UHGV virus genome: UHGV-0077431
Length of the DNA stretch: 41,329 nucleotides
Reading direction: 5' to 3' (one strand)
Source of the DNA: a virus
A model generated the notes under the pieces. The model did not search any database, was not told the DNA's origin, and saw only the letters and a program-made list of their open reading frames with translations. The translations under genes and the position numbers were made by a program. How positions within the stretch are numbered: position 1 is the first letter of the stretch; each line of letters opens with the position of its first letter. Positions 8,999 to 16,414 of this stretch are shown here, piece by piece.

Positions 8999-9916
8999 TT
9001 ATCGCTTGGCTTCGCCGCCGAGAGAGGTTGTTAATCCGTTAATGAGAGAGATAAGCTCGCCGGTCATCAGAACAAAGTCAGCGTCGAACCGCTGAGCCGC
9101 ATCCTCACGGTCGATATCGTCGTTTTGTTCTGTAATCTCATTAGAGAACTTAAGGCGTTTGATGCTGCCGTCATCGCAAAGAACGAACTGAATGCGCTGT
9201 TGCCAGTCGATAGACAGCTTTGTAACTACTTTGCCAGCTTCCAGATGCACATGAATTTCGTCACTGACCAGAGTCTGTTTTTTAAAGCGTCCAATACCGC
9301 CATCTTCAAGAATAGCTTTCAGTTCGGCTTCATCACCCAGGCCAAAGCCAGCAGGCGCACTACCGGAACGAACCCAGTCGGTCATAGTTAGTTCGATCGG
9401 CGTTTCCATAGTCAGCGGTACCACCGGGAGAGAACCGAGAGTTTTACGAAGCAGGGCCAGTGAGTCTTCGGCACGTTTAGCGCTGGCTGCATCAACCATG
9501 ATCAGACCGTCGGTGACGTTGATCCACAAACCAACAGTCGAGTTTTTGGAGAACGCCCGAGGAAGCAGGGAGTGCAACACTTCATCACGCAGCGAATCTT
9601 TCTCAGTTTTTTTGAGGCGACGCCCCTGATCGGATTCCAGACGCGACACACGCTTGCGCAGTTCTTCAGTAATGACAGGAGATGGCAGTATTTTTTCTTC
9701 CCGGCGAATAACCAACAACACTTGATTATTGACAGTGTGATGCAAGCGATCTGACAGCTGACCAAGTGGTGATACCCAACCGGTTTTTGCCATATCCTGG
9801 CTACCGCATGGAGTGAAGCGAAATAGTTCAAGCTGCTGTTCCAGCTCTTCCTGGTTGATGGTGAAATCGCGACTAATGCGATACACCAACATATTTTTGA
9901 AAAACGGATTATTCAT
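8999..9916 (-). CDS. rdgC: Recombination-associated protein RdgC homologue
   Basis: Near full-length similarity to E. coli RdgC as recalled ([42 protein letters not shown]). Confidence 0.85.
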   Translation of the reverse strand: MNNPFFKNMLVYRISRDFTINQEELEQQLELFRFTPCGSQDMAKTGWVSPLGQLSDRLHHTVNNQVLLVIRREEKILPSPVITEELRKRVSRLESDQGRRLKKTEKDSLRDEVLHSLLPRAFSKNSTVGLWINVTDGLIMVDAASAKRAEDSLALLRKTLGSLPVVPLTMETPIELTMTDWVRSGSAPAGFGLGDEAELKAILEDGGIGRFKKQTLVSDEIHVHLEAGKVVTKLSIDWQQRIQFVLCDDGSIKRLKFSNEITEQNDDIDREDAAQRFDADFVLMTGELISLINGLTTSLGGEAKR

Positions 9917-10228
9917 TCTCGGTTCCTCAGCGCATCTGCACAGACGCTAAAAAGTTAGTTTCTCCATACACAACAGAGAAGGGCACCTGCATTGGTCGGC
10001 GGCTTGCAGAGACCGCTTTCTTTTTGCCCGGGTGGATTGGGTTATGAGCCCGTCGCCCGGTGATGCCCTTTTCTGTTGTGCCCTGAAAAAGGCTGGCGGT
10101 TACCGGAAATACACGGGAAAACACCGGGCCGCCAGAACAGGGAGTTACTTGTTATTGCTTTAGCCTGCTTTTAACCACATCAGGCGCGGTGGTATCTTGG
10201 TGTTCTCACACAACCAAGAGGGATGTTT

Positions 10229-10426
10229 ATGGGCGCTTTTGATAACCAGGAAATTACGTTACCCGCATGCCCTAAGTGCGGCACTAAGACGAAGAAGAAA
10301 ATCGCTTGGCTCAAGTCGAACAAAAGTTTCACTTGTCGATGTGGAGCTACTATCAATGTCAACAGCAGCCAGCTTACTTCCGAAATCAGGAAGGTTGAGG
10401 ACAAGCTGAAGAAGCTCTTTAAATAG
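10229..10426 (+). CDS. Small C4 zinc-ribbon protein (65 aa)
   Basis: GAGGG 6 nt before ATG; CPKCG...CRCG; followed by intrinsic terminator. Overlaps antisense with 10259..10624. Confidence 0.45.
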   Translation: MGAFDNQEITLPACPKCGTKTKKKIAWLKSNKSFTCRCGATINVNSSQLTSEIRKVEDKLKKLFK

Positions 10427-10624
10427 TTTTTTATCGACTGATATTATTTCGTTATCAGAGGTTGGTTTTTCAGCCTCTGATTTTTTAGTCAGGATCATTT
10501 TTTCTACACATGTGACTACGCATTCCGAACAGATGGCAGGTTCGTCCTTACCACCTTTTGCGACGATCTTTATCGCTCCCAGTTCGGTTGCTCCGCAAAA
10601 TGAGCATGTGAATAAATGATTCAT
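10259..10624 (-). CDS. Small protein with ClpX-type N-terminal zinc-binding domain
   Basis: CSFCG-x7-KIVA-x8-ICSECV-x2-C matches the ClpX ZBD pattern; GAGG 5 nt before ATG at 10624; C-terminal third is antisense to 10229..10426. Confidence 0.5.
   Translation of the reverse strand: MNHLFTCSFCGATELGAIKIVAKGGKDEPAICSECVVTCVEKMILTKKSEAEKPTSDNEIISVDKKLFKELLQLVLNLPDFGSKLAAVDIDSSSTSTSETFVRLEPSDFLLRLSAALRACG
10454..10486 (+). terminator. Intrinsic terminator (ATCAGAGG stem, T6 tract), plus-strand only
   Basis: 8-9 bp stem followed by TTTTTT on plus; A-rich on minus. Confidence 0.7.
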
Positions 10625-10729
10625 GTAAACCTCTACCCCCAACCTAAGTTTTCTGTCAGCGAATCATCCGGTTATTCATATGCCACCGGCGGCTACTTCG
10701 TGGGCGTCCTGCCTGTTCGCTGTTGATGA

Positions 10730-10810
10730 ATACATAATTAACCAATGGCTAATATTTGTAAACAACCAATAGTTAATTTTTGAGTGTTTAGGAATTAACT
10801 CAATGATTTT
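10730..10810. promoter_or_regulatory. oL-like operator/promoter region
   Basis: AT-rich intergenic region with repeated GTTAAT/ATTAAC motifs also present at oR (GTTAATTTTTG at about 10772 versus GTTAATTTTG at 12524). Confidence 0.45.
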
Positions 10811-10880
10811 TAATAAAATACATTTTGTTGTTAAGTGATGACGTGCTTAAAAAAAACACCATCTACAAAAGAGGAGTGTT

Positions 10881-11087
10881 ATGGAACGTGATGATCTGGA
10901 AGAAGACCGCGCAGCGTTCATTGCTGGCGAGATAGGCGGAGTGGTGATTCAGTTAATCATCGAAGGGATCGAAATCAACCGTGATAATATCGTTGAGTAT
11001 CTGGAGGCAAAGCGTCGCGCGGTTGGTAACGTGATCCACAAAGGCTTGCTGAGAGATGCTGCGGAATTTGTGAGGAAAGGGCAATAA
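10881..11087 (+). CDS. Hypothetical protein (68 aa)
   Basis: AGAGGAG 5 nt upstream of ATG; ends at a shared terminator. Confidence 0.55.
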   Translation: MERDDLEEDRAAFIAGEIGGVVIQLIIEGIEINRDNIVEYLEAKRRAVGNVIHKGLLRDAAEFVRKGQ

Positions 11088-11112
11088 AAACCCGACGCGG
11101 TGGTCGGGTTAG
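11088..11112 (-). terminator. Terminator ending the cI operon (CCCGAC stem, U5 tail on minus strand); possibly bidirectional
   Basis: Hairpin cccgac-gcggtg-gtcggg with TTTTT on minus-strand RNA directly after the stop of 11109..11300. Confidence 0.6.
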
Positions 11113-11300
11113 AACAGGAGTTTAACTGCGGCTAGGGTCAGACCTGTGATTGTAAAGATCGCACCAACTATCGACCAAGTCTGAATCCTGAGTTCCTTTT
11201 GTAGGTCTTCTCGTGTCGCGTAATTAGACTTGATAACAGCAACATCAGTCTTAATGGACGCGATATCTACCTCAAGCTGCCTAACTCTTGCTTCAAGCAT
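11109..11300 (-). CDS. Small coiled-coil protein with C-terminal transmembrane helix (63 aa)
   Basis: GGAGGTGA 5 nt before ATG at 11300; heptad-like [23 protein letters not shown] then hydrophobic [22 protein letters not shown]. Track ORF extends to 11423. Confidence 0.55.
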   Translation of the reverse strand: MLEARVRQLEVDIASIKTDVAVIKSNYATREDLQKELRIQTWSIVGAIFTITGLTLAAVKLLF

Positions 11301-11367
11301 ATCATCACCTCCGCCATCTCCGCCTCGTCGTGTTATTGCAGGTAGTTCACTATTAAATGGTACTACA

Positions 11368-11715
11368 TTATTTTGCGGCGTCGGCATTTTTTTCATCTTC
11401 CGTTTTTGCCGGGAATTTTTCATTTACCCAGTTAAGAACTGAAAACGCATTTATATGTGTTTCATTTCCACAATTGTTGCATATTAGTGAAAAGTAATAC
11501 TGGTTAGCAGTATCGGAATAAATGCTTTTTTCAGTAAAAACATTTACATAACTACCAAGCGCCATAGTGCATGGCATTCCAACACTCGCACTGACTTGAG
11601 GCACCGTTAACCTGTCATGCCCACATAGCGTGCATTTTAGATATATATTCTTTTCTGAGAAGTAAGAGACTAACATGTCCATGTTGATCCTTTCGAACCC
11701 CTGTTCACTCGCCAT
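11368..11715 (-). CDS. Cys-rich putative zinc-binding protein (115 aa), first gene downstream of cI
   Basis: CTLCGH ... CNNCGN motifs; GAGGA 8 nt before ATG. Confidence 0.55.
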   Translation of the reverse strand: MASEQGFERINMDMLVSYFSEKNIYLKCTLCGHDRLTVPQVSASVGMPCTMALGSYVNVFTEKSIYSDTANQYYFSLICNNCGNETHINAFSVLNWVNEKFPAKTEDEKNADAAK

Positions 11716-11731
11716 TCACATATCCTCAGAG

Positions 11732-12466
11732 TTAAAGTCGATTATATTTAATTGACTCATGAATCAATGCCTTACCCATGACATAAAGCTGATCCTGATT
11801 CGCCTCATTGATGTACCACTTTTCATATGCAGAGTTATCAGACAGAACAGCGAGCTTGTCACCTTGCATCTGTAGGCGCTTAACATGAAACGTCTTACCG
11901 TATACGAAAGAGTAAACACCGTCGGTCTGGAAGTGACGAACTGAGATGTCGACGAATAGTCGATCACCAGAAACGAGGGTTGGTGACATACTGTCGCCGT
12001 TAACAGTCATGACCTTCACATCTTCTGGATCGCGATTTCCAAAAAGCACTCGGGCATGTTCAGTCGTGAACTCAATGGCGTACAAGACTTCAACATAGTC
12101 AGAAAGCATGTAGGTGCCAGGTCCAGCACTGACAGATAAATCCAGAACTTCAACGCGATAAACATCCTGCTCTGGCTTATTAACCATGCGTTTCACTTCC
12201 CCTGTATCTGTTGGCTCACCAACACCGTATTCCAGCCATTCGGCACGTACACCAAGTACTTTACTGAGAGCCACTATTTTCTGACTGTCCGGTATGGCCT
12301 GGGCGTTGAACCACTTCCAAACTCCAGGTGTAGTGATCTCCACCCCGGCTTTATTAAGCAGGTCTGCAAGGTTTTTGTTTCGTCCCCGACCAGTTAATCC
12401 AGCAAGTTGACAAACTTGCAGCAGCCTAGTCGTGAAACCTTCTTTCGTTTCGTCTCTCTTAACCAT
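11732..12466 (-). CDS. cI: CI-type prophage repressor (HTH + LexA-like S24 peptidase domain)
   Basis: C-terminal VNGDSMSPT...HVKRL (Ser/Lys dyad context); divergent from cro across an operator-rich spacer. Confidence 0.9.
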   Translation of the reverse strand: MVKRDETKEGFTTRLLQVCQLAGLTGRGRNKNLADLLNKAGVEITTPGVWKWFNAQAIPDSQKIVALSKVLGVRAEWLEYGVGEPTDTGEVKRMVNKPEQDVYRVEVLDLSVSAGPGTYMLSDYVEVLYAIEFTTEHARVLFGNRDPEDVKVMTVNGDSMSPTLVSGDRLFVDISVRHFQTDGVYSFVYGKTFHVKRLQMQGDKLAVLSDNSAYEKWYINEANQDQLYVMGKALIHESIKYNRL

Positions 12467-12549
12467 TAGTTAAATATCCGGGAACTTGACTTTGCTGTCA
12501 GTTAATATTTATTATTAACTTGTGGTTAATTTTGTAATCAGGAGAGTCA
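12467..12549. promoter_or_regulatory. oR/pR/pRM-like divergent control region
   Basis: TTGACT (12485-12490) with TTATTA about 17 nt downstream; palindromic GTTAATAtttattATTAAC and GGTTAATTTTG. Confidence 0.6.
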
Positions 12550-12798
12550 ATGAACGCTGTAGAAATTGCAGTAGAAGCTGTCGGTGGACAAACAGCAGCC
12601 GCAAAAATTTGTGGTTTATCCCCGGTAGCTGTTCACCGCTGGGTTAAAAACGCCTGTCTTCCTCGTACCGAATACACAAAAAAAACGGAATACGCGGAGT
12701 TACTTGCTTCTAAATCAGCAGGTCAGTTCACTGCTGACTGGTTGCTGGAAAATGCTAATCCTGATCGTCCAGGAAAGGTTAACGATCCATCAGCTTAA
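12550..12798 (+). CDS. cro: Cro-like repressor (Cro/YdaS family HTH)
   Basis: HTH GGQTAAAKICGLSPVAVHRW; GGAGAG SD; position opposite cI. Confidence 0.75.
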   Translation: MNAVEIAVEAVGGQTAAAKICGLSPVAVHRWVKNACLPRTEYTKKTEYAELLASKSAGQFTADWLLENANPDRPGKVNDPSA

Positions 12799-12826
12799 AC
12801 GTAACCACAGAAATTAGGGGATAACC

Positions 12827-13390
12827 GTGGATAAACAACACTGGAAAGTAGAGCGCCAACCTGCATGGCTGGTGGCTGCAATCAAAAGAACTATTGCCGA
12901 AATGCCAGGCGGTTATACAGAAGCTGCTGAATGGCTTGGCCTGTATCGCGCTGGAAAACTCTCAACGGATGCGCTCTACAACAGACTGCGTAACGAAGGA
13001 GATCAAATTTTCCCGCTTGAGTGGGCGATGGTGCTTCAGGATGCAAGTGGTACTAAGTATGTCACCGATGCGATAGCCCGCCGTAGTGGTGGCGTCTTCG
13101 TTCCGCTGGTGGAGGTTGATGATCTTGATAACGGCGATATCAACCAGCGCCTGATGGAGTCCATCGAATGGATTGGTAAACACTCGCAGTACCTGCGTAA
13201 GGCAACCGCTGACGGGGTTATTGATCCGGCAGAACGTGAGCAGATTGAAGAGAACAGCTATCAGGTGATGGCTAAGTGGCAGGAACATTTGACGCTGCTT
13301 TTCCGTGTGTTTTGTGCGCCGGAAAAAGGTGACGCCCGCGAGTGTGCAGCTCCGGGCGTCGTGGCAGACAAATCTTGTATGGAGAAGTAA
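12827..13390 (+). CDS. CII-like regulatory protein (YdaT-like)
   Basis: Position after cro; GTG start with GGGGA SD; family call from memory only. Confidence 0.55.
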   Translation: MDKQHWKVERQPAWLVAAIKRTIAEMPGGYTEAAEWLGLYRAGKLSTDALYNRLRNEGDQIFPLEWAMVLQDASGTKYVTDAIARRSGGVFVPLVEVDDLDNGDINQRLMESIEWIGKHSQYLRKATADGVIDPAEREQIEENSYQVMAKWQEHLTLLFRVFCAPEKGDARECAAPGVVADKSCMEK

Positions 13391-13562
13391 TCCGCATGAC
13401 CAGTTTAACGGCTTTTAACCGTTTACCGCAACTCAGGATGATCCCGGTACCGGGCGCTCCGTTGTTTCGGTATGAACGCAGAATAGCAAACCGCTGGGTG
13501 CCATGTAACCACAGTCGGGCGGTCGCAATTGTGGGGGTTTACTACAGGAAGGCGAAACGCTT

Positions 13563-13736
13563 ATGCGCGAAGTTAACCGAAGGTTCAAAGACCACAGAGG
13601 GATCCCCGTTCGGGTTATCCGGTGGGAGCCTGAAACGCGGCGTGTTATCTACCTGCGAGCAGGGTATGAGCACGAATGCTTCAGCCCACTTGAGCATTTC
13701 AGGCAAAAGTTCAGGGAGATAGAGGATGAGAGCTAA
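13563..13736 (+). CDS. Small hypothetical protein (57 aa, MREVNRRFKDHRGIPVRVIRWEPETRRVIY...)
   Basis: ATG with AGGAAGG upstream; protein-like composition; not in ORF track. Confidence 0.45.
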   Translation: MREVNRRFKDHRGIPVRVIRWEPETRRVIYLRAGYEHECFSPLEHFRQKFREIEDES

Positions 13737-13764
13737 CCCAATGAAAAAAAACTTAACTGAGAAT

Positions 13765-14145
13765 TTATCCTGCCAGGGCATTAATCCTCAATTTGATAGC
13801 CTTTTCTTCAACTTTGAACCTCTTTTTCAGGTCTTCGAGTTCTTTGGCGAGAGCAATGTATTGATCCGCAACTCCATATTGAGCAATCAGTCCGGTTGCC
13901 AGTTTAGCATCGGCGTTTTCTGGATCATCAACATCGATGATTTTTCCATATTTTCCGGTAATAACGGCAATACGGTGCTTGCACATCGTGCCCATTTCAC
14001 CAGCAATGCAAGTGCATTCTATTTCGAGGTTACCGCTCTGATCGCTGATGGTTACATCGTAAAAACCATCACCGCTGCTGCTGTTAGCCAAAAGTTGGTA
14101 GATCACGTTGTATCTCCTTATTTTTTTGTAGCGGTTAACGCTCAT
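13765..14145 (-). CDS. SWIM-type zinc-finger protein (126 aa) with C-terminal coiled coil
   Basis: CxCx(n)CxH motif (ECTCIAGEMGTMCKHR); GAGGT 5 nt before ATG at 14145; opposite orientation to flanking genes. Confidence 0.6.
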   Translation of the reverse strand: MSVNRYKKIRRYNVIYQLLANSSSGDGFYDVTISDQSGNLEIECTCIAGEMGTMCKHRIAVITGKYGKIIDVDDPENADAKLATGLIAQYGVADQYIALAKELEDLKKRFKVEEKAIKLRINALAG

Positions 14146-14436
14146 CCCAACCTCATTATTGATCATGCTTTATTCCAGGTATACACTGTCTCGGCAGCGG
14201 CAAAATCCGTTGCCGGGATTGGCGTCCTGGAATTGATTAAAGAGCACAACCGCGCTCTGGCGGTTTTTTTGTGCGAAATGCATTGCTACACCCTGATTAT
14301 GGTGGGGCGTGCAGGGGCATCGAAAGATGCGCCGGCTTCTTTAGTCACCGGTTACGCCAACCCTGCACGTCTCACCACCAATGAGATTGGCGTCTCTTGT
14401 GGTGAGTTGTTAAAACTGACTAAAGAGGCAGCCATC

Positions 14437-14982
14437 ATGGCTACGATCCCAACCCTCGTTCAACCTGAAATTTCCGTAATTAACGGTCAGGCCGTTACCT
14501 CCTCTCTGGCTATTGCCGACTTCTTCACTAAGCGTCACGATGACGTACTGAAAAAAATCCGCGCTCTGGAGTGTTCGCTAGAATTCACTGCCCGCAATTT
14601 TGCGGTGAGTGAATACACCGACGCTACAGGCCGCAAACTTCCCTGCTATCAAATCACCCGCGATGGCTTCGCGTTCCTCGCTATGGGCTTCACTGGTAAG
14701 CGAGCAGCACAGTTCAAAGAGGCATACATCACAGCCTTCAACAGGATGGAAAATGCGCTTCACGGGGCAAGTGATAATTTCTGCGCAGCGCACAATGCCC
14801 ACGTTGTTTACCTCTACATGTCTGAAATTCACCGCGTCTGGTTAGAACAACTTTATCCGATGTTGGTTTCTGTTCAGTCTCCGCTAGCTTCATCACTCTA
14901 CGACTACATCAACGATGGTGTATTCGTTGCTGGGTTGGTGGACTCGGAACTGAACAAAAAGCACAAGGAGGTGCGAAAGTGA
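14437..14982 (+). CDS. Rha-family phage regulatory protein
   Basis: N-terminal motif NGQAVTSSLAIADFFTKRHDDVLKKI; AAAGAGG 8 nt before ATG. Confidence 0.7.
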   Translation: MATIPTLVQPEISVINGQAVTSSLAIADFFTKRHDDVLKKIRALECSLEFTARNFAVSEYTDATGRKLPCYQITRDGFAFLAMGFTGKRAAQFKEAYITAFNRMENALHGASDNFCAAHNAHVVYLYMSEIHRVWLEQLYPMLVSVQSPLASSLYDYINDGVFVAGLVDSELNKKHKEVRK

Positions 14983-15845
14983 GCACTAAATTAACCGGCT
15001 ACGTATGGGATGGTTGCGCGGCGTCGGGCATGAAGTTGTCTAGTGTCGCGATCATGGCTCGCCTCGCTGATTTCAGCAGCGATGAGGGCGTGTGCTGGCC
15101 GTCCATTGAAACTATTGCTCGCCAGCTTGGCGCAGGGCCTAGCACGATCAGAACGGCAATCGCAAAGCTTGAAAAAGATGGCTGGCTCACGCGTACACAG
15201 CGCCGTAATGGTAACCGTAATGCGTCGAACGTGTACCGCCTGAATGTAGCGAAACTTCAGGCTGCCGCATTTTCTCAACTGTCAGATTCTGACACGTCAA
15301 AATCTGACGCATCAAAATTTGACGCCTCAAAAACTGACCCGTCGAAATCCGTCAAAAACGGCGGTTTTGACCCGTCAGAATCTGGCGGGGATCCGTCAGT
15401 AAAATCAAAACAAGATCCACAAGTAACTTCAAAACCCTCTTGTCCGGTTGCTGCGCAACCAGACCCTGAGGTTGTGATTACTGATCAGGCCAGACAGGTC
15501 TTGTCTTACCTGAACCAGACAACTGGCTCACGCTACCAGGTATGCAGTACGTCGCTGGAGAATATTCGCGCCCGTCTTCGGGAACAATTCACGGTTGATG
15601 ACCTGTGCCTGGTAGTGGATTACAAAAATGCCGATTGGCGTGATAGCGAGCAGGCGCAATACCTCCGCCCGGCAACTCTGTTCATTCCAAAAAACTTCCC
15701 TGGTTACCTGCAAAGCGCGACCAAATGGTCCAGTGCTGGCCGGCCTGAACGCGTTAACGGCAAATGGGAGACTAACTCAGCCAGCCGCGCAAACTTCCAG
15801 AGTGTTGATTACTCACTGCCAGAAAATTCGGGGTTCCGTTCATGA
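14979..15845 (+). CDS. Replication initiation protein (O-like; N-terminal winged helix, acidic Ser-rich linker, conserved phage C-terminal domain)
   Basis: GTG start with AAGGAGGTG at spacing 5, overlapping Rha stop; iterons inside the coding sequence. Confidence 0.75.
   Translation: MSTKLTGYVWDGCAASGMKLSSVAIMARLADFSSDEGVCWPSIETIARQLGAGPSTIRTAIAKLEKDGWLTRTQRRNGNRNASNVYRLNVAKLQAAAFSQLSDSDTSKSDASKFDASKTDPSKSVKNGGFDPSESGGDPSVKSKQDPQVTSKPSCPVAAQPDPEVVITDQARQVLSYLNQTTGSRYQVCSTSLENIRARLREQFTVDDLCLVVDYKNADWRDSEQAQYLRPATLFIPKNFPGYLQSATKWSSAGRPERVNGKWETNSASRANFQSVDYSLPENSGFRS
15290..15381. repeat. Iteron array (about six 13-mers TGACnCnTCAAAA at 15 bp periodicity) with adjacent A/T-rich tract: candidate origin
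   Basis: Direct repeats tgacacgtcaaaa, tgacgcatcaaaa, tgacgcctcaaaa, tgacccgtcgaaa, tgacccgtcagaa; A-rich 15395-15440. Confidence 0.6.
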
Positions 15846-16069
15846 TGACCAATAAATATTGCCAGGCGCTGGCGGCACTGCGTAGCAAACCAGCTCACGA
15901 ATTGAAAGAAGTTGGCGATCAGTGGCGGACACCGGATCTGCTTTTTTGGGGGATCAACGCGCTATTTGGTCCATTAGTTCTGAACTTGTTCGCAATATGC
16001 GGGGAGAGGCCGCGTGAAACTGGTCCTGCCTTTTCCTCCGAGCGTGAACACTTACTGGCGCGCCCCTAA
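15842..16069 (+). CDS. Short ORF (75 aa), possibly a truncated remnant (N-terminal WRTPDLLF motif reminiscent of phage Dam-family methyltransferases)
   Basis: ATGA overlap with replication gene stop; 3' end overlaps rusA by 56 nt. Confidence 0.3.
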   Translation: MMTNKYCQALAALRSKPAHELKEVGDQWRTPDLLFWGINALFGPLVLNLFAICGERPRETGPAFSSEREHLLARP

Positions 16070-16400
16070 CAAGGGGCCGCTGGCCGGTCGTCACCTCATT
16101 AGCGCTGATGGTCGTAAATACCAGAGCGCTGCCTGCGTGGCGATCATTGAGCAATTACGACGTCTCCCGAAGCCATCGACTGAACTGGCAGCGGTAGAAA
16201 TCACTCTGTACCCGCCGGATGCGCGCCATCGGGATATCGATAATTACAACAAAGCCCTGTTTGACGCGCTGACGCATGCGGGTGTCTGGGAAGACGACAG
16301 CCAGATTAAGCGCATGCTGGTGGAATGGGGGCCAGTGGTGCCGAAAGGAAAGGTTGAAATAACGATCAGCATTTACGAACCGGCGGGTGCAGCCGCCTGA
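16014..16400 (+). CDS. rusA: Holliday-junction resolvase RusA
   Basis: RusA pattern (LPFPPSVNTYW, RHRDIDNYNKALFDALTHAGVWEDDSQI); GTG start with GGAGAGG SD. Confidence 0.8.
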   Translation: MKLVLPFPPSVNTYWRAPNKGPLAGRHLISADGRKYQSAACVAIIEQLRRLPKPSTELAAVEITLYPPDARHRDIDNYNKALFDALTHAGVWEDDSQIKRMLVEWGPVVPKGKVEITISIYEPAGAAA

Positions 16401-16414
16401 TATGGAGAAATAGC

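Noticed and set aside
9927-10404. Track ORFs 9927..10124 (-), 10180..10404 (-) and 10197..10409 (+) in the rdgC upstream region
   Set aside because: No SD, they overlap the structured inverted-repeat region or the better-supported zinc-ribbon ORF, and translations are not protein-like.
10643-11108. Lambda N-like antiterminator next to oL
   Set aside because: No small Arg-rich ORF with an ARM-like N-terminus is present on the leftward side; the genes there are the ClpX-ZBD-like ORF and a rightward 68 aa gene, so no N homologue is asserted.
13342-13722. 126 aa track ORF after cII
   Set aside because: Overlaps out of frame with the more protein-like 57 aa ORF 13563..13736 and has a low-complexity C-terminal half; kept only as an alternative.
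13726-14436. N-terminal two-thirds of the 418 aa track ORF 13726..14982
   Set aside because: Its first 140 codons are antisense to the better-supported SWIM gene (13765..14145) and read as low-complexity; the recognisable Rha motif begins only after an internal ATG at 14437 with its own SD, so only 14437..14982 is called.
15283-15400. Short direct repeats as a possible CRISPR array
   Set aside because: Units are 13 bp at 15 bp spacing inside a coding sequence with no unique spacers of CRISPR length; interpreted as replication iterons. The 9 bp repeats in FI are likewise in-frame coding repeats.
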